Source of the DNA: Ignavibacteria bacterium
Lineage (GTDB): Bacteria > Bacteroidota > Ignavibacteria > Kapaibacteriales > Kapaibacteriaceae
Assembly (NCBI GenBank): GCA_947495975.1
Contig: CANMBE010000006.1
Coordinates: forward strand, 951-64,950
Length of the DNA stretch: 64,000 nt
Reading direction: 5' to 3'
In this document: piece after piece, positions 1 to 9,666 of the stretch
How positions within the stretch are numbered: the first letter of the stretch is position 1
Layout of the letters: every line of letters starts with the position of its first letter
Program-made: the position numbers and the translations under genes
The notes under the pieces: generated by a model
The model's input: only the letters and a program-made list of their open reading frames with translations
Databases searched by the model: none
What the model was told of the DNA's origin: nothing

Positions 1-88
1 TGCTAACGTTGTTTAGTATAGACGTGTGGCTTTTGCATGCAACATTTTGATACATTTTTTGTTTCAACTTGACGTGAGGAGATATTTG

Positions 89-787
89 ATGCAGTACCCA
101 AACGTCAGAACTATAATCACGCTGATTTGTTTATTCTACTTCGCGCCTGTTTTGATGGCGCAGTGCGACCCGGTACAGATAGCACCCAACTGTGACCAGT
201 GCACTGATTGGCGGAAGATGGACATAGAAGTTTGTCATGGTGGTACAACGTATACTGCGACAATTGAAATGTGCACGCAGTTTGCTTCTCCACCAAATCC
301 TATTGACAATCCATGTACTCTGGCTCCAAATGAGTGCGCCCGTGCCCTTGACGCCATTACCTGGGTGCGCTCCTTCTGTGTGGATCAGGATCTAAAAAAC
401 ATCGGCGAATCTGCTCTTCTTCAGGCAATCGTGAAGGGGACAAATCTTTGCTGTGCAAATGGCAATTTTCTAGGTGTAACGATTCCAGCATGTACTCAAG
501 GATACGGCTGTATGACCTCGCCGGCGGCGTATTGCCATGTACTCGCAATGCCACGGTGTATGATTAAAAATTATACCACGGGTTGTTACGACAAATGTCT
601 GGATTGCAAAGACTTCTGCATGATCGAGCGTCGATACTGTAGACCAACTGCCACTACTTGCTGCAAAGCCTATGCAACTACCTGTTCGTATGATCCAGAC
701 AAAGAGGAATGCGAACAATCCTGCAATAAGATATTTGACTGTTCTGTAGATTATTTCAAGGGGCTTAGCAATGTGTGCTGCGATTAG
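89..787 (+). CDS. Secreted cysteine-rich hypothetical protein
   Basis: GAGGAG at 76-81 precedes ATG 89. Signal peptide ends VLMA-Q. About 27 Cys in the ~209-aa mature region, no CxxCH. Confidence 0.8.
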   Translation: MQYPNVRTIITLICLFYFAPVLMAQCDPVQIAPNCDQCTDWRKMDIEVCHGGTTYTATIEMCTQFASPPNPIDNPCTLAPNECARALDAITWVRSFCVDQDLKNIGESALLQAIVKGTNLCCANGNFLGVTIPACTQGYGCMTSPAAYCHVLAMPRCMIKNYTTGCYDKCLDCKDFCMIERRYCRPTATTCCKAYATTCSYDPDKEECEQSCNKIFDCSVDYFKGLSNVCCD

Positions 788-3251
788 TGCGATTACTATG
801 TTTGCTACTCTGCTCTGGCTCACTCCAGCGAAAGCGCAGAAGACGGATTGGACATGGATCAAAAGTTGGGAGTCATTAAACACATCGTATCGAGAGGCAA
901 CTACGGATCTCGATGGGCGCGTTATGGTGTTGACATCAGAGGGAGTCTTCCGAGGTGATTTGTTCGGCACTGGAGAACTCGCCCTCACACCCGCACAGTA
1001 TTCGCTGGTTCAGGATAGAACACAAATGCTCTGCATTCCTGATGGACCTGTGCTCGTGATGGGCAATGCACTGTCCCAGACCACCTTTGGTTTCTTTCGA
1101 TTCGAAACCATTTCAGATGTGCCAACAAAATTAGGTGTGCAAGAACTGGATGGGCAGTCCTTCGCAACCGGTGTGAATTCCGGAGACGTCCAGATTCTTG
1201 GTAATGGCACCATCAAGGCTGGTGCGGCCTTCACATTCAATGGAGGCCAGTCATGGCGACGTATGCAGAATGATGATGTAGTGGGACAACAAAATTTTGC
1301 AGAACGGATTGGAGATTCCGTTTATGTTCTAAGCATTGACCCACCGCAGTGGTATGTGGTGGACACTGCCTCAAGAATGTATACCAAGTCCTCGCTTGAT
1401 CCAGCTTATTGCCGATATGCCTTGCTTCCAAGTGGTGCAGGCATGGCAATCAAACACATTGACGGCGACGAGGTGAATATTTCCATACGCTCGTCTGCAG
1501 AAGCACCATGGCAACAAGTTCCCACACTTGCTACAACTGATGGAGCAGCGATTCAACCGGAGAGAACTGTATACCTGAACTCGGATAGACTTTTTGCAAC
1601 ACAAACGGGAAAGGCCATTTTCTTTCTTGACTCTGCCCGAATGATCGTGTATGATGGTGTGACCGCAACAATACGGTCACTTACGCCCACACTTCTAAGG
1701 GGGGAAATTGTTCATGAGGTGCAGCGTGTTCGTGGAAACAACGTTCTTCGTCTTTCTTATCGCGTGACCACTGAGGGCATGCCAGATTCGTATGTCACAA
1801 TCGAATACTCGCTTGAAACTGAACAAGTGAAGGTGTACGAGACAGGTAATGTGATGATCGTGGATGTGAACGACCGTGGATATCTCTCTTCCGCCGCGTT
1901 CTTTTCACGATGGGACTCACCAATCGCTCGACCCGTGCTAAGTGCATTAGACGATCTGGGAAATCCAATCGGTCAAGTGTTTGTTGATCAGGTTGGTGTA
2001 TCAGGCGGATTGCCGTTCCTTACGGACGTGCAAGGAAACCTTTACGCCATTGACAACGAAGAAACACTTCCTGGCGTGATGCCTGGTAGAGTTCTATATC
2101 TACTGCAAAACACGATCAGCAAACGACTCCTGCGTCGAGTTTCAGTCCTGGGATTGGGTGATAGTTCCGTTGCAATTCCTGGATCTGTCAGAGTAAACAT
2201 CTCACGTCTGGGTGTGCAACCTGTTCGTGTCCCTGGTGTTGTTTCCCTTCAGGGTTACATGACGTGTGTTGCCCGCCAAACAGATGGACGTTTTTTCATG
2301 GGTGGCGACGTACTCGCACGTCAACGAGATACAGTGTGGGAGATTATCCCGATTCCATCAGCTATTCGCGACTCACGGGCTACCATCTCGAGCATGGCCG
2401 TGCAAGGCAACGATACGCTCGTAGTTGCGTTCCGCGGATACGCTGAAGGCAGCGAGATAGAGAACAACTTCTCTTACAAAAAGGGAGGCGTTGCAATTTC
2501 CACAGATGCCGGAGTTACATGGAATAGTTTAGCGCTGCCATCCAATGAACAATGGGTAGAGAGTCTGACGCTCGGTCCAGACAGGGCATGGTATTGCTGG
2601 GCCACGGACATGGTTTTCGACACAACACTTCGAGGTAAAGCTGATCCGTATGTTCGAAATGGCACAGCAACACTCTACAGATCTGTTAAGCCCTCTGGCC
2701 CGTGGATAAAGATATTCACAGACGATGCCGATCCTAGCACACGGCGCGAGGCATTTGTATTCCAATGGCCAATCTCGTTTTCGCCTCGTGGTAGAATTGC
2801 AACATGCACGCCTCGGGCAGTTTTCGTAGCCGAAAACCACGAAGCCCCATTTCAAGAAGTTCTGGATCTGCCCATAACTGAGAGGTTTGGCGGTGTTGCG
2901 TTTGGCGATGACGAGGAACTGTGGATAGGGGGCTCGTATGGCGTTCACAAAAGGATGATCGGTACTACAAATGTGGGAGAACAACTTCCAGAGTTGAACC
3001 GTAACGGCGCACTCGTAGCCTGGCCTAATCCGGCTACTGATAAGGTTGAGTTTCGTCTTCAGATTACGGACGCTGCACTTTTACCTAACCATGTGCTGCT
3101 TATATCTGCGGATGGAACAACAACGGTGAAAGTTCCTCGAATAAACAACACCTTCAGCATATCCACGGGAAGCCTAGCGTCTGGCTTGTACTTTGCAACG
3201 GCATTGATCGGTAGCCAGGTAGCGACTGCTCGGATAGTTGTTGTCCGATAG
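771..3251 (+). CDS. T9SS type A sorting domain protein with BNR/Asp-box-like repeats (probable beta-propeller)
   Basis: Signal peptide (AKA-Q). TFNGGQSW and STDAGVTW Asp-box-like motifs. C-terminal WPNPA...LASGLYF...RIVVVR sorting domain. Start could be 798. Confidence 0.85.
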   Translation: MCAAISAITMFATLLWLTPAKAQKTDWTWIKSWESLNTSYREATTDLDGRVMVLTSEGVFRGDLFGTGELALTPAQYSLVQDRTQMLCIPDGPVLVMGNALSQTTFGFFRFETISDVPTKLGVQELDGQSFATGVNSGDVQILGNGTIKAGAAFTFNGGQSWRRMQNDDVVGQQNFAERIGDSVYVLSIDPPQWYVVDTASRMYTKSSLDPAYCRYALLPSGAGMAIKHIDGDEVNISIRSSAEAPWQQVPTLATTDGAAIQPERTVYLNSDRLFATQTGKAIFFLDSARMIVYDGVTATIRSLTPTLLRGEIVHEVQRVRGNNVLRLSYRVTTEGMPDSYVTIEYSLETEQVKVYETGNVMIVDVNDRGYLSSAAFFSRWDSPIARPVLSALDDLGNPIGQVFVDQVGVSGGLPFLTDVQGNLYAIDNEETLPGVMPGRVLYLLQNTISKRLLRRVSVLGLGDSSVAIPGSVRVNISRLGVQPVRVPGVVSLQGYMTCVARQTDGRFFMGGDVLARQRDTVWEIIPIPSAIRDSRATISSMAVQGNDTLVVAFRGYAEGSEIENNFSYKKGGVAISTDAGVTWNSLALPSNEQWVESLTLGPDRAWYCWATDMVFDTTLRGKADPYVRNGTATLYRSVKPSGPWIKIFTDDADPSTRREAFVFQWPISFSPRGRIATCTPRAVFVAENHEAPFQEVLDLPITERFGGVAFGDDEELWIGGSYGVHKRMIGTTNVGEQLPELNRNGALVAWPNPATDKVEFRLQITDAALLPNHVLLISADGTTTVKVPRINNTFSISTGSLASGLYFATALIGSQVATARIVVVR

Positions 3252-3351
3252 AAACAAATCCTGCAGCACTGTACTTGCCATAAGCAGGGATTTATTGAAT
3301 CCATTCGAATCAAAAGTGCCTGTTCACGATGTGAGCAAGCGCTTTCTTTAT

Positions 3352-3485
3352 CTCCATATCTCTGTATCCCCGCATCTCAAACCGCTGGACTATAGCCCAG
3401 CTCCACGTAACCCAGAAACCCTGTAACCCTCGTGTTATCCCGAGCTTTACGAGGGACCTTCTTCTGTAACCCCGTAACTTCCTCC
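3352..3485. repeat. Imperfect 8-bp tandem repeats and small hairpins upstream of recO
   Basis: CTCCATAT/CTCTGTAT/CCCCGCAT at 3352-3375; CCACGTAA/CCCAGAAA/CCCTGTAA at 3403-3426; TTCTGTAA/CCCCGTAA at 3462-3477. Confidence 0.55.
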
Positions 3486-4187
3486 ATGATCCTCTCTACC
3501 GAAGCCATTGTCCTGCATTCCCGACGGTTTGGTGACTCGTCTAGGATTGTGACGATGTATTCGCGTGATCTGGGCAAGGTTTCGGTTGTTGCCAAAGGTG
3601 CTCGCACGCTGAAGTCTTCGTTTGGGGCGGCTTTGGAGCCCCTTGGATACATCCGTTGCACAATCTATCATGGACGGAACAAGGATCTGCATACGCTGTC
3701 AGCGGCGGAGACGCTTGTTACTCGACGTAGGCTAGGGGGCTCACTGGATCTGCTGCGCGCCGGTCTGCTCATGTGTGACACGCTTGTGAGAACGCAAGCC
3801 CTGGAACAACCAGATAAGAACGTCTTTGAATTGCTCGCTCGCTCACTTGAGCAATTGGAGGTAGTTGATGAACCCAGTGCTTACAGCATAAGCCTTTCTA
3901 TGAGACTTTCTCTGGCAGAAATCATGGGGTTTGGTCTGCCGTCCTCTCCCGCACCTGAAGGCGCTGCCGTTAGGGTAGGCATATCAGATGGGGTTGCTCG
4001 GAGAGATGGGGAAGAGGGCCTCCGCCTTTCGCATACGGTGTATACACAAGTGCTTACTGCTCTGAATGGTGGTACATCTGTGATCTCCGAACAGGAGCAA
4101 ATGGAACTCGAAGGGTTTGTCTCGTTATATTTTTCTCATCACCTTGATAAACGTATAACATCAAACGCCTTCAACGCCCTGCGGTGA
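3486..4187 (+). CDS. recO: DNA repair protein RecO
   Basis: MILSTEAIVLHSRRFGDSSRIVTMYSRDLGKVSVVAKGAR...FGAALEP matches the RecO N-terminal OB fold. Confidence 0.93.
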   Translation: MILSTEAIVLHSRRFGDSSRIVTMYSRDLGKVSVVAKGARTLKSSFGAALEPLGYIRCTIYHGRNKDLHTLSAAETLVTRRRLGGSLDLLRAGLLMCDTLVRTQALEQPDKNVFELLARSLEQLEVVDEPSAYSISLSMRLSLAEIMGFGLPSSPAPEGAAVRVGISDGVARRDGEEGLRLSHTVYTQVLTALNGGTSVISEQEQMELEGFVSLYFSHHLDKRITSNAFNALR

Positions 4188-4203
4188 ACTCGTATATTGA
4201 GTG

Positions 4204-5502
4204 ATGGCTGGCAATATTGCATTGACATTGTTCTTTGTGTTTCTCAACGGATTCTTCGTTGCGGCCGAGTTTGCTATTGTCAAAGTCCGCGCCTCGCAGA
4301 TTGAGCTCAAAGCTCGCGAAGGAAATTTCCTCGCCGGAATCACGAAGCATATTCTTGAACACCTCGATTCGTATCTCAGTGCATCTCAGTTAGGTATTAC
4401 ACTCGCCTCGCTTGGCTTGGGATGGATAGGTGAGAGCGTAGTCTCAACCATCGTGAGTGATGCTGCTCAAGGTTTAGGCCTTACACTAGAGGCCTCGGTT
4501 CTGCACGCAGTTTCTATTGTGATTGCCTTTGCGATCATCACGGTGCTCCACATCGTGGTTGGTGAGCAGGCGCCAAAAACATTTGCGATTAGACGCTCAG
4601 AAACGGTAGCGCTTGCCGTTGCCATTCCAATGCGGATCTTCTTTATTGTGTTTCGGCCAGTGATCTACGTCCTGAATTGGATGTCGAACGCAATGTTGAG
4701 TGTGATTGGAATTCAACCATCTTCAGAACATGACGTTCACTCCCCGGAAGAACTTCGTTACCTCATCGCTGAAAGCTCTAAGCAGGGAGCTCTTGAGTTA
4801 TCTGAACGAGAACTCATCGAAAATGTCTTTGAATTCACAGAAACCACAGCCGCTCAGGTTATGGTGCCACGATCAAAAATAATTGCGCTCGATAACGCGC
4901 TGCCAGTTGATGCGTTGTTAGACAGAGTGATGAATGAAGGTTATTCTCGTCTACCAGTATACGTAGGCTCAATTGACAACATCGTGGGAATCGTGTACGC
5001 AAAAGACTTGCTCACACTCATGCATCATAAAGATCTCATCATCTTGCACGACATTTTGCATGCCCCCTATAATGTTCAAGAAGATGTAAAAATCAAGCGT
5101 GTACTCAGAGACATGCAACGTGATAAAGTGCATCTGGCAATTGTCATTGATGAATTTGGTGGCACAGCAGGAATGCTAACACTAGAAGACATTATCGAAG
5201 AGCTCGTTGGCAATATTCAGGATGAATATGACGATGAGGCGCCACTCGTGCAGCAACACACGCCAGGTGCATACGAGCTTGATGCTGCCATCCGTATCGA
5301 TGAAGCAAATGATCTTCTGCCGTGTGCTTTACCTGAAAGTGAAGACTACGAAACGCTAGGCGGACTAATCAATGCATGGGCTGGGCGCATTCCTCCTGAA
5401 GGCGATGTTGTAATGCTTGATGATTATGAATGCACAATTCTAGAGAGCTCTCCTCGACGTGTGGAGCGCGTCAGGCTCGTTGCGCGCAAGCCCACCTCAT
5501 GA
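4204..5502 (+). CDS. HlyC/CorC (CNNM, hemolysin family) transporter with CBS pair
   Basis: LNGFFVAAEFA, QLGITLASLGLG, GEQAPK, VMVPR, YSRLPV and DEFGGTAG motifs. Confidence 0.95.
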   Translation: MAGNIALTLFFVFLNGFFVAAEFAIVKVRASQIELKAREGNFLAGITKHILEHLDSYLSASQLGITLASLGLGWIGESVVSTIVSDAAQGLGLTLEASVLHAVSIVIAFAIITVLHIVVGEQAPKTFAIRRSETVALAVAIPMRIFFIVFRPVIYVLNWMSNAMLSVIGIQPSSEHDVHSPEELRYLIAESSKQGALELSERELIENVFEFTETTAAQVMVPRSKIIALDNALPVDALLDRVMNEGYSRLPVYVGSIDNIVGIVYAKDLLTLMHHKDLIILHDILHAPYNVQEDVKIKRVLRDMQRDKVHLAIVIDEFGGTAGMLTLEDIIEELVGNIQDEYDDEAPLVQQHTPGAYELDAAIRIDEANDLLPCALPESEDYETLGGLINAWAGRIPPEGDVVMLDDYECTILESSPRRVERVRLVARKPTS

Positions 5503-6199
5503 GGTTTCCACATACACTCTTGTTGCTATGCACTTGCCTCGTAGGAATTGCATGTTCTACTGTACCGAACCGACTCGTCGGTATAAAGTCTTGCGCAGCT
5601 GTGCGCCCCATCTTGGATCTCCATTTGCAAATATTTGGACGTGGAAATCAGAGCTAGAAAAATGTGGTCGCGAGCAGAATGTTGTGTTATCAGAACCTTG
5701 CTGAGCGGCTCTGTCTGCAATTCAGGGAGCCGAAGGCGACGTACCATTCGATGCACCAGCGGTTCGCAACCTCCGCAGATTATCAAAGTATGCTCATCCG
5801 CTCGATGTAGAGTATGTAAGCGTTATCGGTGAGGTTGATCTCCTCGATGAAATCAAGAACTTGCGGAGTGGATCCGCACAAGAGATACTGCGAAAAGTAC
5901 TTTCAGTTGGAAGGGCTCACGTATTGAAATTTTTGATTCGGGTGATGGCGTTGTGAGCACGAAGAGTCAGGACATCATGAACATCGAATATTTACGGTAG
6001 ATACATCGCGACGTCGCACAACGCGCGTTTTAGTTCTGCACAAGGCTCTGCTCAATTATGCAGAACATCTGACGGCATCGTAGCCCGCTTTATGATTCCA
6101 CTCACAGGTGTGCCAACAGATTCTCCAACGCCGTACACGTTGAAGATCATTATTACGAACACATTTGGTTATACCACAACAGCATCGATTGTGTGGTAG
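5499..6199 (+). pseudogene. Decayed lipoprotein alpha/beta hydrolase (PGAP1/lipase-like)
   Basis: Lipobox GIAC in one frame; PHLGSPFAN and VEYVSVIGE in a second frame with in-frame TGA at 5702; DSGDGVVSTKSQ in a third. No GxSxG motif remains. Confidence 0.6.
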
Positions 6200-6219
6200 A
6201 AGGTTACACCAGCGCTGAA

Positions 6220-6915
6220 TTACTTTGCAAGCATGAGGGGCTTTGTTTCGGTAAAGCCCGGGGCCGACATCACAACGTAGTAGAGTGACGAGCTCATGTC
6301 ATGACTTGCAGTGTTCATTGTAACGCTGTGCTCGCCAGCACTCAAAACGTCATTAACAAGTGTTGTAACAACATTTCCTACAAGGTCAACAACACGCAAC
6401 GTAACCATTGCTGTTTCGCGTGTGGTGAACGATAACGTTGCCCGATCTTGAACCGGATTTGGAGAAACATCCTTGAGTTCAAATGCAGTTGTTGTTGAGC
6501 CGCTGAAACCGGCAACACCTTGGTCAGTGGCCACCTGCGTGTTGACTTGGAATGCTCTGCGTTCAACTGTTACTTGAATGGGATTAGATTCTACAGTAGC
6601 ACATGGATTAGACATCTTCACAGTGTACACACCGTTCATGTAAGCCTCAGCATACGAATAGCGCAGATCCTGGTTTGTCTCATTTGGCAGAGCAACGCCA
6701 TCTTTTAGCCATTGGATGCGGTAATAACTTACGTCCTGACCCTTGTTTACTGAAAGGAGGAACTCGCCCCCTGCCGGGATACGCTTGATTGTAGCACCCA
6801 GCGCTCCATCAACTTCAGCATGTCTCGGAGCAGGAAGGATGCGAATAGAAACGCCTGCTGTGGATAGTGAAACCACGGCTGCAAACATGAAAGTGGCAAT
6901 TATGAGGCGACGCAT
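6220..6915 (-). CDS. Small T9SS cargo protein with a single Ig-like domain
   Basis: Signal peptide MRRLII; Ig-type QWLKDG...GVYTVKMSNPC; C-terminal SPNPV...VVDLVGNVV...LYYVVM sorting domain. Confidence 0.85.
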   Translation of the reverse strand: MRRLIIATFMFAAVVSLSTAGVSIRILPAPRHAEVDGALGATIKRIPAGGEFLLSVNKGQDVSYYRIQWLKDGVALPNETNQDLRYSYAEAYMNGVYTVKMSNPCATVESNPIQVTVERRAFQVNTQVATDQGVAGFSGSTTTAFELKDVSPNPVQDRATLSFTTRETAMVTLRVVDLVGNVVTTLVNDVLSAGEHSVTMNTASHDMSSSLYYVVMSAPGFTETKPLMLAK

Positions 6916-6980
6916 GGTGTTTCCTGTATTGGTCAGTGACTCGAATATACCGATTTTGCAGTCATCACTTCTCGTGCCAA

Positions 6981-8096
6981 ATGCGACCAGACCCACACCT
7001 ACCTACCCATATCTTCATAACAGCAGGCGATCCCTCAGGTGATATCCATGCTGCGAGGCTCATGGCGGAGATACGCAAGCGTATTCCCGACGTGATTTTT
7101 GAGGGTTTTGGGGGTCCAGAAATGGAATTTCAGGGCCTCCGGTCGCTCGCCCATATTCAGGACCTAGCCGTAACTGGGTTCTGGGAGGTAGCAAAACGCT
7201 ATAGGTTCTTCAGGGGGCTCCTTAAGCGGTGTGAGGAGGCGATAGCCAGAACAAAGCCAGTACTTTTTATTCCCGTGGATTATCCAGGCTTTAACATGCG
7301 CCTGGCGGCACGCGTCAGGTCGCCTACGATTCGCATCGTCTGGTACATTGCGCCCCAACTTTGGGCATGGGGGGAAGGACGAGCAAAGGAACTCGCATCG
7401 GTGGTAGACAAACTCTTGGTTGTCTTTCCATTTGAGGTAGAGTTTTTTCAAAAACACGGCATTCGCGCCGAATATGTTGGACACCCGCTTTCAGAAGAGA
7501 TACGTCCGGAACAAGAAAAGACGAGGTCTCCAACGCAGATTTTGCTCATGCCAGGATCGCGCAAACAAGAGATTCATTTTCACGTCCCGCTGTTAGCCGA
7601 AGTGGTTGAATTGATGAATTCATCTCAACCCACATTGAACTTTGTTGTGGCAAAAGCTCGTAATGTTGACGTGCGTTCACTTGAGCCCCTTGCACATCGA
7701 GGAGTTACCGTTATCGAAGATGTTGAACACGCGATGTTGACATCACACGCAGCATTGATCAAGGCGGGCACGTCAACGCTGGAAGCTGCTTTGAGGGGGC
7801 TTCCCTTTGCCACGTTCTACCGCACATCTGCGTTAACGTTTCAGGTAAGCAAACGTCTTGTGAATGTAACGTCTGTTACGATGATGAACCTGCTTCTTCA
7901 TCGCTCCGTTGTTCACGAATACATTCAGGGTAACGCAACTGCATTAAACCTGGAGCGAGAACTGGTAGAGCTGACGTTGGATAATGCACGACGCAATGAG
8001 TTAACAAGTGCAATGTCCAAAGTGCAATCAATGCTGGCTGGTGGCTCTGCAAGTGCACGTGCCGCTGATATCATTTCTGAGATGGTTCAGCGTTGA
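6981..8096 (+). CDS. lpxB: Lipid-A-disaccharide synthase
   Basis: AGDPSGD, VDYPGFN, YIAPQLWAW, VFPFE, VGHPL and MPGSRKQE motifs. Confidence 0.95.
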   Translation: MRPDPHLPTHIFITAGDPSGDIHAARLMAEIRKRIPDVIFEGFGGPEMEFQGLRSLAHIQDLAVTGFWEVAKRYRFFRGLLKRCEEAIARTKPVLFIPVDYPGFNMRLAARVRSPTIRIVWYIAPQLWAWGEGRAKELASVVDKLLVVFPFEVEFFQKHGIRAEYVGHPLSEEIRPEQEKTRSPTQILLMPGSRKQEIHFHVPLLAEVVELMNSSQPTLNFVVAKARNVDVRSLEPLAHRGVTVIEDVEHAMLTSHAALIKAGTSTLEAALRGLPFATFYRTSALTFQVSKRLVNVTSVTMMNLLLHRSVVHEYIQGNATALNLERELVELTLDNARRNELTSAMSKVQSMLAGGSASARAADIISEMVQR

Positions 8097-8683
8097 AAGC
8101 CGCGATTATGTCCATGGCCATTCGCGCATTGGCGCGCACATGGGCTGTTTCTATACAAGGACGCTTTCCAACTGGACCGTGTATTGTCGCATTCTGGCAT
8201 AGCGAGATGCTGCCTGTTTTGTTTGTCTTTAGAGCGTTACGTCCGGTAGCACTTGTGAGTCCCAGTGAAGATGGCTTGCTCATAGCCACCGTGCTGAAAG
8301 ATTGGGGCTACGATGTAGTTGCTGGTTCCTCTTCGAGAGGTGGTAAGGAAGCACTGCAGACGCTTGTGGAGCTGGCAGCACAGCACGTTGTGCTTATAAC
8401 ACCCGATGGCCCGCGAGGTCCAGCACACATAGCTAAGCCAGGTGCAGTGATCGCAGCACACCGCGCAGGAGTGCCTCTGGTGCTTGTACGGATGCATGCT
8501 GCCCGCACCAAGATATTCCACCGCTCGTGGGATCGCTTTCAATTGCCATTGCCGTTTACACAAATCACACTTCACGTGTCGGCTGCAATTGATGTGTCAT
8601 CAACACTCACACGCGATGAAATTGATGCGATGATTAATGATGTAACTGAGCGTCTCCAGCAGATGGGAAACAATTCGTGTTGA
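8093..8683 (+). CDS. DUF374 lysophospholipid acyltransferase family protein
   Basis: AFWH, SPSEDG, GSSSRGG, ITPDGPRGP and SWDRFQLPLPF motifs; lies between lpxB and lpxK. Confidence 0.9.
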   Translation: MKAAIMSMAIRALARTWAVSIQGRFPTGPCIVAFWHSEMLPVLFVFRALRPVALVSPSEDGLLIATVLKDWGYDVVAGSSSRGGKEALQTLVELAAQHVVLITPDGPRGPAHIAKPGAVIAAHRAGVPLVLVRMHAARTKIFHRSWDRFQLPLPFTQITLHVSAAIDVSSTLTRDEIDAMINDVTERLQQMGNNSC

Positions 8684-9666
8684 TATTGCTTTCTCGCATT
8701 TATGCTGCAGGCGTTAAGCGACGCAATGCTCGGTTTGATTCTCAACGTCAGCCAGTTGTTGTAGTTGATGTACCGGTCATCAGTGTTGGTAATATCAGTG
8801 CAGGCGGCACAGGTAAGACGCCGGTTGTGCAGGGCATCGTCCGAATTTTACAAAGGCAAGGAAAACGTCCGGCCGTTGTTATGCGTGGTTATCGTCGCAC
8901 ATCAAAAGGAATCGTTGTAGTGCACAACGGCCTGGAGCTTTGCGCTACTGTAGAAGAAGCCGGCGATGAGGCGTTTCTTCATGCAGAGACATTGGGTGTG
9001 CCAGTAGTCGTGGGCGAGGATAAAGTTGAAGCTGCTACGTATGCTGCTAAAAATTTGTCGTGTGATGTGATTGTTGTTGATGATGGATTCCAGCACCGCG
9101 CACTTCATCGCGATTTAGACATTGTTCTTATCGATCGTGCCACTCTGAATGGTCTGATGATTCCACGTGGAATACTGCGGGAGCCACTTTCAGAAATGCG
9201 CAGAGCCAATGTGATTCTCTGCATGGGAGATGTATCGCCAGATGAAGTTTCTGCATTAGCTAGAGAAGATGCATTGATCCTACCGTGTGAAATGCAAACA
9301 GAAGCACCACGATCGATAGTTGATAGCACAGACGTTCTTCCTCGCCAAGCAAATGTGCTAGCAGTTGTTGGTATTGCTCAGCCGCAGCGATTCATCAGCG
9401 CACTTGCAGAGCGTGGGCATAGTATTGTTGCCCAGCGGCTATTTAGGGATCATCATCGATACACGGCGGCCGATGTTGCGTCGCTCATCCATGTTGCTCG
9501 TGCATCGAGTGCTGTGATTGTTACAACAGAAAAAGATCTCGTAAAACTGCGAACCCATATGCTTGTGCATGGAGCTCTACAGGTACCGATGTATGTTGTT
9601 TCACTTTATGCACATATTCATAGCGAAGCATTTGTTGAACTGCTCGCGACAAGGACAACACAATGA
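8677..9666 (+). CDS. lpxK: Tetraacyldisaccharide 4'-kinase
   Basis: VISVGNISAGGTGKTP, RGY, GDEA, DDGFQH, LREP, FRDHH and TTEKD motifs. Confidence 0.95.
   Translation: MLILLSRIYAAGVKRRNARFDSQRQPVVVVDVPVISVGNISAGGTGKTPVVQGIVRILQRQGKRPAVVMRGYRRTSKGIVVVHNGLELCATVEEAGDEAFLHAETLGVPVVVGEDKVEAATYAAKNLSCDVIVVDDGFQHRALHRDLDIVLIDRATLNGLMIPRGILREPLSEMRRANVILCMGDVSPDEVSALAREDALILPCEMQTEAPRSIVDSTDVLPRQANVLAVVGIAQPQRFISALAERGHSIVAQRLFRDHHRYTAADVASLIHVARASSAVIVTTEKDLVKLRTHMLVHGALQVPMYVVSLYAHIHSEAFVELLATRTTQ

Noticed and set aside
89..787. Multiheme cytochrome c or ferredoxin interpretation of the Cys-rich protein
   Set aside because: No CxxCH motif and no CxxCxxCxxxC ferredoxin pattern; it has a Sec-type signal peptide.
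5702..5704. TGA recoding (Sec, Trp or Gly) to explain in-frame stops in remnants, also at 37882
   Set aside because: Many intact genes here end in TGA (recO, dnaN, gyrB), and the remnants also need frameshifts.
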